A stretch of 64,000 nucleotides of DNA from Gnetum montanum (taxonomy: Eukaryota > Plantae > Gnetophyta), in contig MNCI01001083.1 in assembly GCA_015680685.1 (NCBI GenBank), positions 363,989 to 427,988 on the forward strand. Direction: 5' to 3'. Position 1 is the first letter of the stretch. Every line of letters starts with the position of its first letter. The notes under the pieces were generated by a model. That model made no database searches. It was not told the DNA's origin and saw nothing but the letters and a program-made list of their open reading frames with translations. Below, piece by piece: positions 12,770-26,535 of this stretch. The position numbers and the translations under genes were made by a program.

Positions 12770-15700
12770 ATTTTGCCTTTGATAATTCAAAGGACTTCCT
12801 TTGCATAATCATGCTCTCATCATGCTACTTATTTAACATGAAAATTAATAGGTGTTTTTGTTTATCACTTTTGGTGACTTTAGCTTCATTATTTTTATTA
12901 TTGGTCTTATTGGTTCTGGCCCTAGCTTGAGCTTCAAGAGTCTCCTCTTGAAACTCCACCTTAAAACCTCAATCGATGTTAACATAGTTAATTGAAGACA
13001 ATAACACATTTTCTCCATAGATCATAATTTTTCCACCTTCATATGGCAAGTGAATCTCTTGATGTATAGGAGATGAAACTACTTGAAGCTTTGCCAACCA
13101 TGGGCTTCCTAAGATTAAGTTGAAGCCAAGTGTCTCCTCAACCACTAAGAAGTTTTTGAATGTAGAAAATTACTCACTAGCTACAAAATCCAAGGAGATG
13201 CAACATCGCACTACCACTCGTCATGACTTGTTAAATGATTTAAGTGTTGAGGTGGTGGCCTCTTGGATGTTCTTAATTAGGCCTAGTTTGTCAATAACAG
13301 AATATGGTATCACATTTGTGGATGCCCCATCATCCACATGAACATGATGGACCTTGTATCTACCAACATGTATGGTGATAAGAAGAGGAGCAGATAATAC
13401 CTCTCCATTTCAAGAGTCAATCTTCATCTCACTATCATGGAAGTTGAACATGGGTTGACACCTATTTTTCCTAAGTTTGTTCAATGATAGAGTGGATTGA
13501 CTCTTTGTTGGTTGGCATGTCTTTGCTCATAGGGATAAAAGTTAACACTTGAGCTAGTGCATACCTATATGCAAGAGAGGTCATGATCAAGTTGTATAGG
13601 TTCAGTGATGTGTTCTTTTGCTTGAGAGACCATTTGGCTTATTCCACTGTTATAAGAAAACTCTTTTCCTTGGTGTGTGGTGTTTTAGCCTTAGTGGTCT
13701 TAACCTTCTCCATCCTCCCTAGAGTTTGCAATTTACACTATGATTTATGTGCCTTGGAACCCTTGTCCATGGGTATAGTTGATCTTGGTGTAGTTGGTTT
13801 TGAAGCCTTTTGTTGTCAACCACCTTTAGTGGGTTTTATTGTGGGTCTAATAATAGGTTATTTTTGTTGCCATTATGATGATGGTTTCTTGCTAACCTCT
13901 AAGTTGTGGGCCACTATAGATGGGCTTTGATCATGGGTTGTTGTGACCTTACTTGTTGAAGGTGAACAGACTCGAATGACAAAGGGTTCCCTAGGTTTTA
14001 GAGGATTAACAACTTATGGTCTTGGCTATGATGTTGATGCCATGAAAGGTGGGACATGTACAATGAAAGGCTCCTTAGGAGCTAGAGGAGATGTTATCTA
14101 TATGATGAATGGCTCTCTAGGCTTTATGCTTTGGGGCTACAATGGTACTCTAATGACAAATGGTTCCCTAGGTAGATTAGACCATTTAGTTTCCATGAAC
14201 GATTCCACAGTGTGAGAGTTATTATTAGTTCTTGGAGAGTTGGGTTCATCCAACAGAAACTTCTCAGTATCAATCATCTTTTGGAGATCATCCTTTAACG
14301 CTAGGAAAAAATTAGTGTTATGACCAATAATTTGATGATAATGGAAATACCTATTTAGTATAAAGTACTTTAGTAGCTTAGTATTGTCTTTGGTAGCTAT
14401 CATTGGATCTCTAGCTATGTCACAAAGATGATCATGCCTCTTACAAGCCTCTTCAGATAGTTGCTTATGTTGTATATAGTTATCATTAAGAAACTGTTCT
14501 AAGAGCTTAGAGGGCTTTAAAGGAAACTTTTTTTACTTAGACCTATACTGCTATCCAAAGTTTGATCTTGGTTGATTTGGAGCATAGGAAGTGGATGGTT
14601 GTGATGAGTCAAGGAATGTGTTGTATGGTGGTGATTCCCTTCTCTCTAATTTTTTTGTCTCCTTTTCTATTGCAACCATAGTTGCATGTTCTTACTTATT
14701 CCTATCTATATCTCCCCTTGCATGTTGTTATTTATAGGCCACATATGTTGGATCATTTCTTGCTTCAACTACCTCCTTAATGTTCTTAGTTTGTGAGAAG
14801 GCTTGGCTTAGTGACTGGGGATCTAGGTAGTATTGCTTTAGCTTGACAAAGTCATTTACTACTCCTTTGTAAATGACCAAGAGGTGGGTTTCAATAATAG
14901 GCTTTAGAATCTCATTGAGCATTGAGTTCCACCTTTGAATGAATATTTTAACTAGTTCAAGTGGCCATACCTCACCTTCATCAATTAATCTAATGTGGCA
15001 TCCATCTTCAATTTGTATCTAAAGTAGTTGAAAATTTGGCTAATTAATTCCTTAGGGGAAGAGATGGAACCTCTAGGTAAGGTTTGGTACTAGTCTAGAG
15101 CCTTTCCCTTAAGGAACATGGGGAAATTTCTTAATATTGTATGTGGCCAAGCTTGTAAGAAGAGGTACTCAGACCAAAAGGTTACTAGATGTGCATTGGA
15201 ATCCCCTTCATCATTGTATTTGTTGAAGTTTGGGATAGGAAAGCTAGTGGGCAAGGTTATTTGAGGCATTGTAGGGCTTGTAGGATCATCTTGGTAGAAA
15301 TCTAGAACCTTCATCATTTGAGTTGTATTGGCCTTGAGTTTTTGTAGCTCTTTAGTAAGGTCTTGGATCATGCGAAAGGCTTATTAGGCTATGGTTCATG
15401 TGTTGGTGGTTGAGGAGGAAGTTGTAAGGCTTATGACCTCATGATAGGTTGTGGTATCAGAGGGAGAGGCTTGGTTATGATGGTCATAGGTGGGCTAAAC
15501 AAGGATAAATATGTTTGTGTTGGAACTTGAGGCATAACAGAGACAAATGGAGTATGAAAGTCTTACATTGCTTAGGGTCCCAATGCAGATCCCACTGGTA
15601 TGACAAAGGGAGATGGTGAGGTAGACATCACCATGGTTGGGTGAATAAAGTTAAGTTATGTGGTAAAGGATACTAATGAGAATGAGAAGATAAATTGAGA

Positions 15701-16246
15701 CACAAGTTGTATTTGGTACCTGGTGATAATGGGTGGAGACCCAAACATGGTAGGATGGATAGGAGAAGAGTTGGGTTGAGGGACTTGTCCCATCCATGAG
15801 GTAAGAAGCATGAAGTTGGATGTGATTGTTTGGGGAGCTAGAGATTGCAAAAGACTAACAATGAAGGTGTCTAGCTCTTGTTCAACATCAAACTCATCTT
15901 CCTCCTCTTGTCAATCATCTAAGCTAATTCCCTCACTAAATTCATCAACCTTTGTGAGTTGTATAAGCATTTGTGCATAAAATTTTGTGAGGGGAATTTT
16001 TTCATAGGGGTATGGGATGTATTCTTTCCCATCCTAACATATGATTTTGAATTGATGCTTAGCATCAAATTTAGAGCATGGTATTAAGAAACTAGCTTGT
16101 ATCTTGGCACAAAGGAAGCTGTAGAACTCCTCATTAATAACCCCAAAATTTCAGCTTTTACCTCTTTGCCTAAGCAATTTTCTTTGTTCTCTGATAGAGA
16201 GGTTTGTTGAGTCATAAACATGAATTGCATCTTAGCTAGATGCCAT
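12770..16246 (-). pseudogene. gag: Degenerate gag-protease polyprotein, Ogre/Tat type
   Basis: FPIPNFNKYNDEGDSNAHL...FPMFLKGKALD*Y (gag); YFHYHQIIGHNT.NF (Ogre/Tat-type knuckle); VHVDDGASTNVIP and LILGSPWLAKLQVVSSPIHQ (protease). Confidence 0.8.
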
Positions 16247-18104
16247 CTTTGCTATGTTAAGAGGTAGGATGGTTGATTGACTGAAGGACATGGTGATAAG
16301 GTGTTGAAAAAAATAGCTTGATAAAGGCTAAATTAGTAGAGGAAAAAGAAATTCCAACAAGTAGAATTCTTAAAATGCTAAAAGATGTAAAATAATGATA
16401 AAAAATGGTTTGTTGAATATAAATAGTAAGTAATATATCAAGGGGGTATACCCCTTTACCAAAAATGGCAAAAGGTTGGTATCAAATCCCAACCATACTT
16501 GACCAACTAGCCACACTAACACTGGAAGAGAAAAGGGCAAAGAAAAGTGGTAAGCTTTAAAATCTTATCTTTTCTTCACAACATTGGTGTAGGAGGGGAA
16601 TAGACATCCTAGCTGAGAGGGGTATGACATCCTAGCTTGAGGGCATAATACCCATGCTAAAGGTGGAGATAACAAAAAGTTAAGAATGATTAAAATGGAT
16701 AAAAATAGGCTTTTTACTAGAAATAGTAAGGTGGTTGTCAAAAGGGGTATACCCCTTAACTAAAAATGAAAAATAGATGGTATCACACTCCACCCACTCC
16801 TAGCTTTCTAACTACACCTACGTTGGGACTTAGCAAGGGGAAAAGAAAGGGGGATAAGATGGGGAGGTCTTACACATTTTCTTTCAATGTTGGACTAGGA
16901 GGAAGGGGTTGAAAACCAAATAAAAAATTTTGAATTTCTGTAAGAAAATGAATTTGGAAAACTACCAATTTTCTCAGTAAGGAGAAAAAAGGGGAATGGG
17001 GATCTAGGAGGTAAATCCACCAACGATGGTCTCTATTAAGAAAATTTGGTAGCAAGATGGAAATGGTTTAAAACAAAAAATCCACACTAGCTTTAAAATT
17101 CATGGCAACTACTATGAAAATATTAAAAGCCCAAATGCTTGAAACTTCCATGCTGGGTTTTGGCTGGAGGGGGATGGGTTGCAACATTGGGTTTTGTGGT
17201 AGAAAAAGTGGCAAAAATTTTTTGACATAGAACTCAGGTGGAGGCCCTGCTTCTAGTGCCAAAAAAACTGTTGCAACTAGAAAATTCAATCATTAGAAAA
17301 TCAAAAGTCTTGGCACAGTAGCCTCAACCCTGAATCCCTAGGGTCTCTAAAAAATGTGATTCAAGATATCCTAGATGGTCTGATAGATCACCCAAGAACT
17401 TAAGAAGGAAAAAATGAATAACACAAAAAGAAGAATGTATATTTTCAAACCAAAAAAAAAATACGAATTGCACACAAGACTAAAACTTTAAACTTTTTTA
17501 AAAAATAAAGAATGAGTTTAAGGAATGTGTACAAAAAGTGCTTGTAAGAGAGCAACGAGGTTCACTTGGGAAGGGGTTTAGAGTCCATTGAAGTAGATGT
17601 GATCAACTCCACAATCTAGATGTTCTGCCACTCTCAATGCTATCAAACCTCCTTTGATCTACAATGTTGGCTACTAATAGGGGGTTGAGAAATGTAAAGA
17701 GTTTGGGTAACTAAAGTGGTATACACTCAGAGTTGAGGATGCTAGGGCTACAACATGGATTCCCAAAGTTTACAAATCCCAAGGGGCGGGGGTAACGAGG
17801 GTCACAAGGCTACAATGATTCCACATTGAGGAGGTCTAAGAAGCTACATTTTTTTGGTGTGCAAGAGCTCTCAAATGCCAAGATGCCAATGCTCAAAGTG
17901 TAAAACCTATAAATGATGCTTGGGGTTTATTTTTATAGGTTTTGGACCATGAATCCTGCTACAAAATGGTTGTAAATTGCTACAAATTGGCTGCAAATTT
18001 CTACGATGTTTAGGGTGACTAGGTATGCAAATTAAGGAGGGTACCATATATGGTAAGTGTCATATCCCATGGTCATTCCATTTACTAAAAATAGAAACAA
18101 GGGT

Positions 18105-18280
18105 ACAATATCCACACTAGAGGGATGAAATCCATGCTAGAGGTAGATCTTCCATGCTAGGAAATGGCATCAACGCTAGAGGCAAATCTTTCATGTTAGA
18201 GGGATGGCATCCACATTGGAGGCAAATCTTCCATGCTGAGGGGATGGTGAGTTATACCCCAATGCATCAACACTGGGGGT
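18105..18280 (-). repeat. ~20-bp tandem motif TCCACGCTGGAGG (decayed) in putative U3 of element B
   Basis: atccacactagagg, atccatgctagagg, ttccatgctagg, atcaacgctagagg, ttcatgttagagg, atccacattggagg, ttccatgctgagg. Confidence 0.7.
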
Positions 18281-20234
18281 AAGTGAGTTATACCCCCATG
18301 CATTCATACCCCTAATAGGTGATTCTTAGCATAGAAAATGTTATATCCCCCACAAAATCCATCAAAATGCCAATTTTGGCATCCCAAAAGGCATTTTTAG
18401 CCCTGCCACAACCCCCCCACCAAAAATCCCAAATATAGACATTACATTACTATTTCCACTTAGGGGATGAGGCTTTGACCACTTATGAGGAAATTTTTAG
18501 CACCAAAAGTATGAAATATGTGAGATTGCTCATCATGAGTTATAACCTTTACATTTACAATGAATTTTTACCTTAGGTTTTATTGGATGAAGGCTACATG
18601 ATCAAAATGGTTACAACATGTAATTGTGGTGGTGTTTCGGTCATCATGTCTACTTCATAAAAGTATGTAGTATCCTCAAAAATTTTATTTCAATCAATAA
18701 TAGCTTTATCATATTCAATCATATTGACTTCTTCTTAACCCAATCTTATAGGTGTTAACTGCATTTGTGCATGACTCAGATACATTATTCCATTTAGCTT
18801 CAAAAACTTAACATGTGCATAGATAACAAAATCAAACATTAATTTACGTAGGAGGAAATATCCCATTTAATCTAAGATGATTTCAGATGTGATTCCAAAC
18901 CCTAAAATTTTAACTCTTTTTAATAAATAATTTAATAATTTATTATTTTTAATGCATGCATAACAAGAAAATTAAAATGACAATATCTCTCAAACCATAA
19001 GTCCAATTGGGAAGAAATTTGTATCATTAGAATCATCTCAAGGAGTACTATGTGTTGGATATGGTTTAATAATTTGAAAAATAAGTTAGATTTTCATGAT
19101 TTTAAAGGACCAAGATAGCTTATTTTGCCAAAAGTGTTCCTAGGACGACACATAGATGAAATGATAACTTCTAGATGACTTTGACTTGATTATAAATGAT
19201 ATATTATTTTCCATATACGAATATAATACTTAACCTTATAAATTGGCAATTGTGACATAATCTTATTCTCTCAGATCATGGTTATACACTAGCAAGGTAC
19301 TAAGGAGAAGATTATGACAGCATCATTGACTGAGTATTAGTTTTCTTATGAGTGTTATTGTAATAATCCTTATTCTTGAGTAGGGGTAGGACAATCTTAT
19401 GGCTAGGTTCAATCCTTTAAAGTTTTTAATGCATAGGTCTTAGGTAAGACGAGTAATGTCGAGTTAAGGGATTTGGTACTTGGGAACAATAATCTTGACT
19501 TATGCCATAGTTACTAACCTTCTAGGATAATTAGCAATGATCTTATTTAATTAATATTTTAATAATATTTCAAGATGAGTAAGAATTACTTGGACTAGTG
19601 TATCTTTGTCTTACCAATGTATCTTGTAATTTATGCATCTAGATGACATGTAATCAAATCTTCCTTAGTTAATGATATCAATGAAAGAATTTTGTTAGTT
19701 GGTGGGATCTATCTCTCTTATAGATGCCTGATCCATTGTTCATGAAATTAATGAAAAGGTATCCTCTAGCATAGATCTTCCATATATAATACATCTGGTG
19801 GTGGTCTATGACTCTTCTTGTGTCATGGCTTCAAGGTTCATCATCAAATTTACATTGTAGTTGGCTCATGATTCTAAAAAGTCCTTAGGTCATGGTTTTC
19901 CTTGATACCAAATGCAACATCCCATTCTTGTATGTCATGGAAAACATCAAAAATATTCTATATTAGGCACTATGTGTGAGAAGATAACATAGCAAACATA
20001 AAATATATATAACATTTAATATTAAGCATAAAGAAAATAATAGAGAAAATGTAGAAGGAAAAAGAGAAGAATGCTTTGCAGAATCTGAAGTAATGATAGT
20101 GCATCTAAATCATGCTTTAAGAGTTTTCTTTGGGATTTTCTCCCTTCAACATCTATCCCTTATAGGTAGTCCAACACTACCACCATGGTTAGGCCTATCA
20201 GTAGCTAGAAGGGATGGGTAGTCCTCTTCCTATT

Positions 20235-20742
20235 TGTGACATCCTATTCTTAGATGTCGTAAAAAAATACGAACACTTAATTTATCGCATTCATCATTTT
20301 CTTAAATAATATAATGGAAACATAATAAATACTTAATAAATGAATTAATTGGTAAATAAATAATTGGTATTGCAAAATAAAAAAGGAAAACTTAAAAAAA
20401 ATTATTAATAGGAAAGAGTATTGTAACATCCTCTAGGTTATCTTCCTATGCCACTTAAGCCTTAGAGGCAATCTAGAACTACCATCATGGTTAGGCTGTC
20501 TAGCCAAAGGGTGATCAATTCCTTCTTGTCTTGCTTCACCTAGCTCCTGTCACTTGCCTTTTTAGGCTTTGGAACTCCATGTCAATACTACCTCTAAACT
20601 GACCTTCAATGACATAGGTCAAACACTTTCCTGAGGGATACATGAATAATCGTAACTCCTCATAATGAGATGTCCGTTAATTTGAAGGTTAATTACATTG
20701 TTTACAATTATTTCCATCCTTAACAAGAGATGAGATGTTACA
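20235..20742 (-). repeat. 3' LTR of element C
   Basis: TGTGACATCC...GATGTTACA, direct repeat of 29741-30236. Confidence 0.9.
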
Positions 20743-20959
20743 ATCTACCCTCCTTAAGCATCCAACTTGTCCTCGAGTACTTCCTCTATATTTAGCTGCT
20801 CAGCTACCACTTCACTGTTATGCTCCTTAGCTTCAATTCCTTTATTTTTCTCATTATCATCTGTACTAGAAATTAGAAAACATAATTTACTACATCAATA
20901 ATAAATACAACTTATCATTCGATATACTGACGATCAAAAATTTGGGGGTAAGTATTAAA

Positions 20960-23900
20960 AATAGACTTCTTATTTTCTCAAGTCTACTAATCACAATTTG
21001 ACCATTGAACAAGTACTTCACTGATTGTTTTATTTCATAATTTCTTGGTTTGTTTGTTGTTAATTACAATGGGTTTAACTTCAATGATGACATTGGATTG
21101 CAATGGCAAAATATTCCAATCCAGTACATATGGTACATCACTTTCATGAAATTTCTTTAGCAAGCTTGCATGGAAAACTAGGTGAACTCTTAAGGTTTTA
21201 GAAGATTTAACTGATATGATACTTTACCAATTCTTTCAAAAATTCAAAAAGGTCCACAATAATTAGGTTCTAATTTAGTATATTTTCCAAGTTTTAGAGA
21301 ACTCTTGGTAGGTTTTACTCTCAGTAATACTTGATTTCCCACTTGGATGTCTTTCTTAAGCCAATGTTGTGAATGCATATCCCTTATATTTATCTTGGGC
21401 ATCTTGTGAATTTTTCTTAACTCTTGTGATAATTATTTTCATTATTTTCATTTCTTCTTCCTTCCATTCTTTTCTTAAGTTTAGATCTACCCAAGTTAGT
21501 GTTGTATCACAATTACATCTATATACTACTTTGAATGGTGTTCAATGTATGGAACCTTGATATTTTTTATTATAGGCAAATTCTACTAGGTGCAAGTAAT
21601 TCTTCCACGTTTTTGGTCTACTCCCAACATAGCTTCGTAGGACATATTCTAATATTCTATTCACATGTTCTATTCACCCATTAGTCTCACAATGGTAACC
21701 TATGCTAAATTTCAACTAGTTTACAAGCTCTTTAAAGAAATTTTTCTAGAATTTAGATATGAACTTGGGATCTTAGTCTAAGGTGATAGATTTTGGACAA
21801 CCATGCAATCAAAATACTTCACATATGAATTTCTAGGCTACTTCTTCTACTATGTTTGTAGATTTCAAAGCTATAAAATGTACCATCTTTGATAGATGAT
21901 CAACCACTACCAAAATTAAGTCATTTTCCTTTTTGGTTATTGGCAATCCCACAATGAAATCCATGGTGACATCTTCCCATTTCTAGGTTGGGACTTCCAT
22001 TGATTGTATAATCCACTGGGTTTCCTCTTTTCAACTTTTATTCTTTGGTGTGTTGGATAATTTTTAATGTACAAGGACACATTTTTCTTCATTCTAGGCT
22101 AAAAAATAAGATTTTTGTATCATCGTATAAGTCTTAATATAACCTGGGCCTCTTGCGTATGGTATTTCATGTGCTTCACACAACAACCTTAGTCTCCAAT
22201 TTCCTTCTGGTATGAACACTCTTTATTCTTTCATCAATAAACCTTTAGAGGTAAGTTGGTATTGAGGCTAAGAGGAAATATTAGCTAAAATATTTTTAAA
22301 ATAAGGACCTTATATTATTTTTTTTTCTTAATTTCTTCTTCCATAGGGGTTGTTACCACACCTATCATTAAGTTCCACATTCGACTAAGGGCATCAACTA
22401 CCACATTTTGCTTATCGAGGATATATTTGATTTGAAAATCATATTCATCCAATCATTCTATCCATCACCTTTGATGAGTATTCAAAATAGGTTGTCACTA
22501 CAAATATTCTAAACTTTTATGATCTATTTTTAGTACAAACATTTTTCCACAAAGATAATATCCCCAAACTTTCAAAGCATGAACAACTGCTAGCAATTCT
22601 AAATTATGGGTTGAGTAATTTACCTCAGCTCCTCATAATTTATGAGATTCATAACATACCACTTTATCTTCTTGTGAAAGAATTTCACTGATTCCTATTC
22701 CATAGGCATCCATGAATACTTCAAATGATAATTCTACATCCAGAATTCTCAAAATATGTGTTGTTGTGAGTAGCATCTTTAATTTGAGGAAAGCTTCCCT
22801 ATGTTTTTCATCAAACCTAAACATACATTTTTCCTATAAAATGTTATTTAATGGGGCTACCAAGGTAGAATAACATTTAATGAAACGTTAATAAATACCA
22901 TCTAAACCCAAGAAACCGTGAATCGCTTTAACATCTTAATTTAGACTAGTCCTAGATTGCAATAACTTTTGCTAGATCTACTTGCAATCCTTTCTTAGAA
23001 ATTATATGGCTCAAGTATGAAACTTTCTCCTTAAAGAATTCACATTTACTCAATTTAGCTTTTAACTAATGCTCTTTAAGAATTTCCATTGGAATTTTCA
23101 AATGTTTGACAAGTTCTTCTCTTGACTTAGAATAAACAAGTATATAATCCATAAATGGTATAACAAACTAATCAATATATTCGCAAAAAATATTATTCAT
23201 TAATGCCATGAATGTTGTAGGTGCATTAGTTAATCCAAACAACATTATAACAAATTATTATAATCCATACCTGGTTCTAAAAGAAATTTTCTCAATATCT
23301 TTCTCCTTAATTATTATTTAGTGATAACATGATTTTAAATCAATATTTGAAAAATAACATGCAAAAAAATCATTAATCGTAGGCATAGGATAAGTATTTT
23401 TAATTGTCACTTTATTCAATTCCCTATAATTAATGCATAATCTTAATGTACCATCTTTCTTTTTAATGAATAAGACTGGTGCATCCCAAGGTGATATGCT
23501 AGGTTGAATTTTTCCTTCTTCCAATAATTGATTTAATTGTTCTTTTAATTCTCTTAATTAAAAAGTAGAAAATCTATAAGGGGCTTTTAAAATAGGTTGT
23601 GTATTGGGAAAAATATCAATAACATGGTTAATCGTCCTTTTGGAGATAGTTCTCTAGTTTCACAAAATACTGAATCTTTATATTCCTCAAGTTCTTTTGA
23701 AATCTCAATACCTGAAGATCTCTAAGGTTGGGTTATTTTGACAACCAACATCGTAGCGCACTTTTTGACTAATTTTTTGGCTTGCTTAATCGTTATTGTA
23801 TGAATTTTCCTTGTTGTCCCTACACCCCTTAGAACCCTGACTCCATTAGTGGTTGCGACTTTTAAAGTACGAGTTCCAAAGTGGGTAGTAATATCAAATT

Positions 23901-25400
23901 TTTGCAAGAAAGACATTCCTAAAATTGCATCAACATGGCCTAGTTCAAATTCAAAGAATTCATCAATGAAAGGAATGTTTTGCAAAGTAAAGTTAATTTC
24001 TCCATACCTGGTATGCTTGCTCACAATCATTCCATTTGCAGGTTTTATCTTAATAATTTTCTTAGAAGGTAAACTTAATTTTGATAAATTAATTAACTTT
24101 AGAGAAATAAAGTTATCACTAGCACCACTATCAATCAAAAATTTAATTTATTTACCTTTAATTGAACCTTTAAAAATTAGTAAAGTAAATTGAAATTTAT
24201 GCAAAACTAATTTAGTTTATGTAGATATCTTCTTCATGGCTATGGTGGTGGTTCAAATTTTTCCTTTGTTCATGTTTGCTTTGGGTTTTTGATTCATAAT
24301 TTGGTTGGTCCTTTGTAACTTTATTCACAATTTTGGATAGTCTCATTTGAAATGATCTTCACCATAAAAAAAACATCCTGATATTGATCATGCTCTTTTT
24401 GTTGGTTTTTCCTCTATTGTTTTTGTGGAAAGGTAGCTTGTCAAAGAGTTGCTTGTGAAAGGGTAGCTCGTATTTGATTTGATTCTTCATAATCCTTAGT
24501 AATTATATATGCTTCATCAATGGTCTGAGGATTATGGGCTCATGTTTGGGGATGTAGTTTAGCATGTAGTCCACCAATGAACTTTGAAGCTAATTCTCCC
24601 TCATCCCCGTGGCTTACATACTAGGAAAGATTACAAAATTCCATGTAGTAATCCTCTACAAATCACCTTCCCAATCTTAAGGAATCAAATCTCATTTTGT
24701 TCTCTTTGAGGAAAGAATTGAGTACAAATTTTTGTTCAAAATCTCAACAAAAATTAAGCCAATTTGTAATCAAACCTTGAGATTTTAGTCCATTCCACCA
24801 TGTTACTAAAGTCCTCTTAAATACAAGAAGACAACTTCTAAACATTCTTGGCTTTACAAATTCAACATATCGAATTAGTTTTTCATTGTATCAAGCTAAT
24901 CCTTTGCCTTGGCACTGGATCTAGGAGCTCCATCATAATGATCTAATTTTACTTTCTTAGCATGAACTTGTGTCAATGATTCTCTAGGTGGATTAAGTCA
25001 GTTTCCATATCCTTCACCTTTGATTTCTAATCTATGGCCTAAAGGAGGAATTTTGATATCCTGTTGAATAGCAGGTGGGGATTGATTTCAGTGTGGATCC
25101 CTAGGGGAAAGTTGATCTTCATCTTAATGTTGTTCCCTAGGTGGAACATGGGTAGGATTTGAAGGCTGAGTGAGATGGTCAAGTAATTGCTTAATGAAGT
25201 CTGCAAAGGAATCCATCTTTTCTTACATGTCTAATCATTTATCCTCTAAACTCTAGGAAAATTTCCTTAGGCGTATTTTGCATCTCTATCCCAAACCCTT
25301 AATTTAATTGAAGAAACCCTTCTTCAACACCCCTAATCTCATTAATTTGATCTTCAAGGGCATTCATTTGGTCATTAACTTGTGCATCCATTACTCACTC
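20960..25400 (-). pseudogene. pol: Degenerate gag-pol with C-terminal chromodomain
   Basis: LIDSGASDNFIS (PR), [30 protein letters not shown] (RT), DAYGIGISEILSQ (RH), VTMDFIVGLP and CGPF (INT), KL*NKTISEVLVQWSN (chromodomain ~20960-21090). Confidence 0.92.
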
Positions 25401-26204
25401 ACTGATTCTTTGACTTTTGGACATTGGTAAGTTGAAGAAATTAGGTATGTTGATAATCCTTAGCTTCTATGGTCCTCATTATGGGTCTTGAAATAGTTAA
25501 TCAGTTACAGAAGAAGTTGAAGCTATCATAGATTTCTTCTAAAGCACAAAATCCTAATTGTTTTTGGGACCTTAAATAATAGATTAAAACACTGATTTTC
25601 TATAATACAAAAGCTAAATCTGATAATTCCATTAAGTCCAAAAGGTTCAAATCTATTGGAATTTGTTTTTGTTTGGTTGAAAATGCACTCCAAATTCAAA
25701 AGTTATAGCTATTTTAAATTTATAAAAATTTGTATGTTTTTCAAGACATCTCGAGAGGTCATCCATCCTAGTTCTACTCTAGAACGAGCATGCTTAATGA
25801 TAAAGTTTTTATCCCCATTATTACCAAGGTGCCAATTTTGAATTTTTGAAAATATTTATGCATGTTCTTAATTTAGATTGATAATTGATGATAAAAAATT
25901 TAAATTTTTTCATTAATTGATGAGCATTTCAAATTTTTTATTTGCTGATGAAGAATTTTCCCATTGCATGGCAATAGGGATGATGGTGGCAATGATCATA
26001 GTGGTGTGTTGGTGGTAGAGTCTAGGGAGGTTACTAGCAATGTGAGCGACCAAATTGGGTGATGACAATGTAGAGTTTCCTACCACTGGTGACAATGTGG
26101 CTATTCTATTAGGCCTCCCTAGGGCCTATGTAGCCCATTTCAAGATCTATGTAGTCCTCCATTAGGCCCACATAATGCTTGTGTATTTATTGTTGGCATG
26201 TGTA

Positions 26205-26535
26205 GCTGAAAGAGGTGATGATTGATGGCATCAAGAGAGGTGATGATTGGTGGTAGGGGAGGTGATGATTGATTGTATGAGAGGTAATGATCTCTAGCAT
26301 GGAATGCGATATTCAGTGACATGGGAGGCAATGATCTGTGTCATGGAAGACAATGTTTGATGACATGGGAGCTGATGATCTGCAGCATGGGAGGCAATGA
26401 TCTGTCATGGAAGACAATGTTTGACGACATGAGAGGTGATGATCTGTAGCATGGGAGGCAATGTTTGACAACATGGGAGGTAATGTTTAGTAGCATGTGA
26501 GGTGATGCTTGGCGACATGGGAGACAATAATCTAT
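26205..26535. repeat. ~22-bp minisatellite (GCATGGGAGGCAATGATCTGT-like), ~15 units
   Basis: Repeated catgggaggc/tgatgatct/aatgtttg variants; differences are mainly CpG transitions. Confidence 0.85.

Larger units (their letters stand above)
8803..18615 (-). mobile_element. Ogre/Tat-like non-autonomous Ty3/gypsy element (gag-protease only; element B), boundaries approximate
   Basis: Gag and protease on minus strand, no RT/INT; repeat-rich 3' region; candidate 5' LTR start TGTAACC at 18615 with minus-strand TATA near 17935. Confidence 0.6.
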
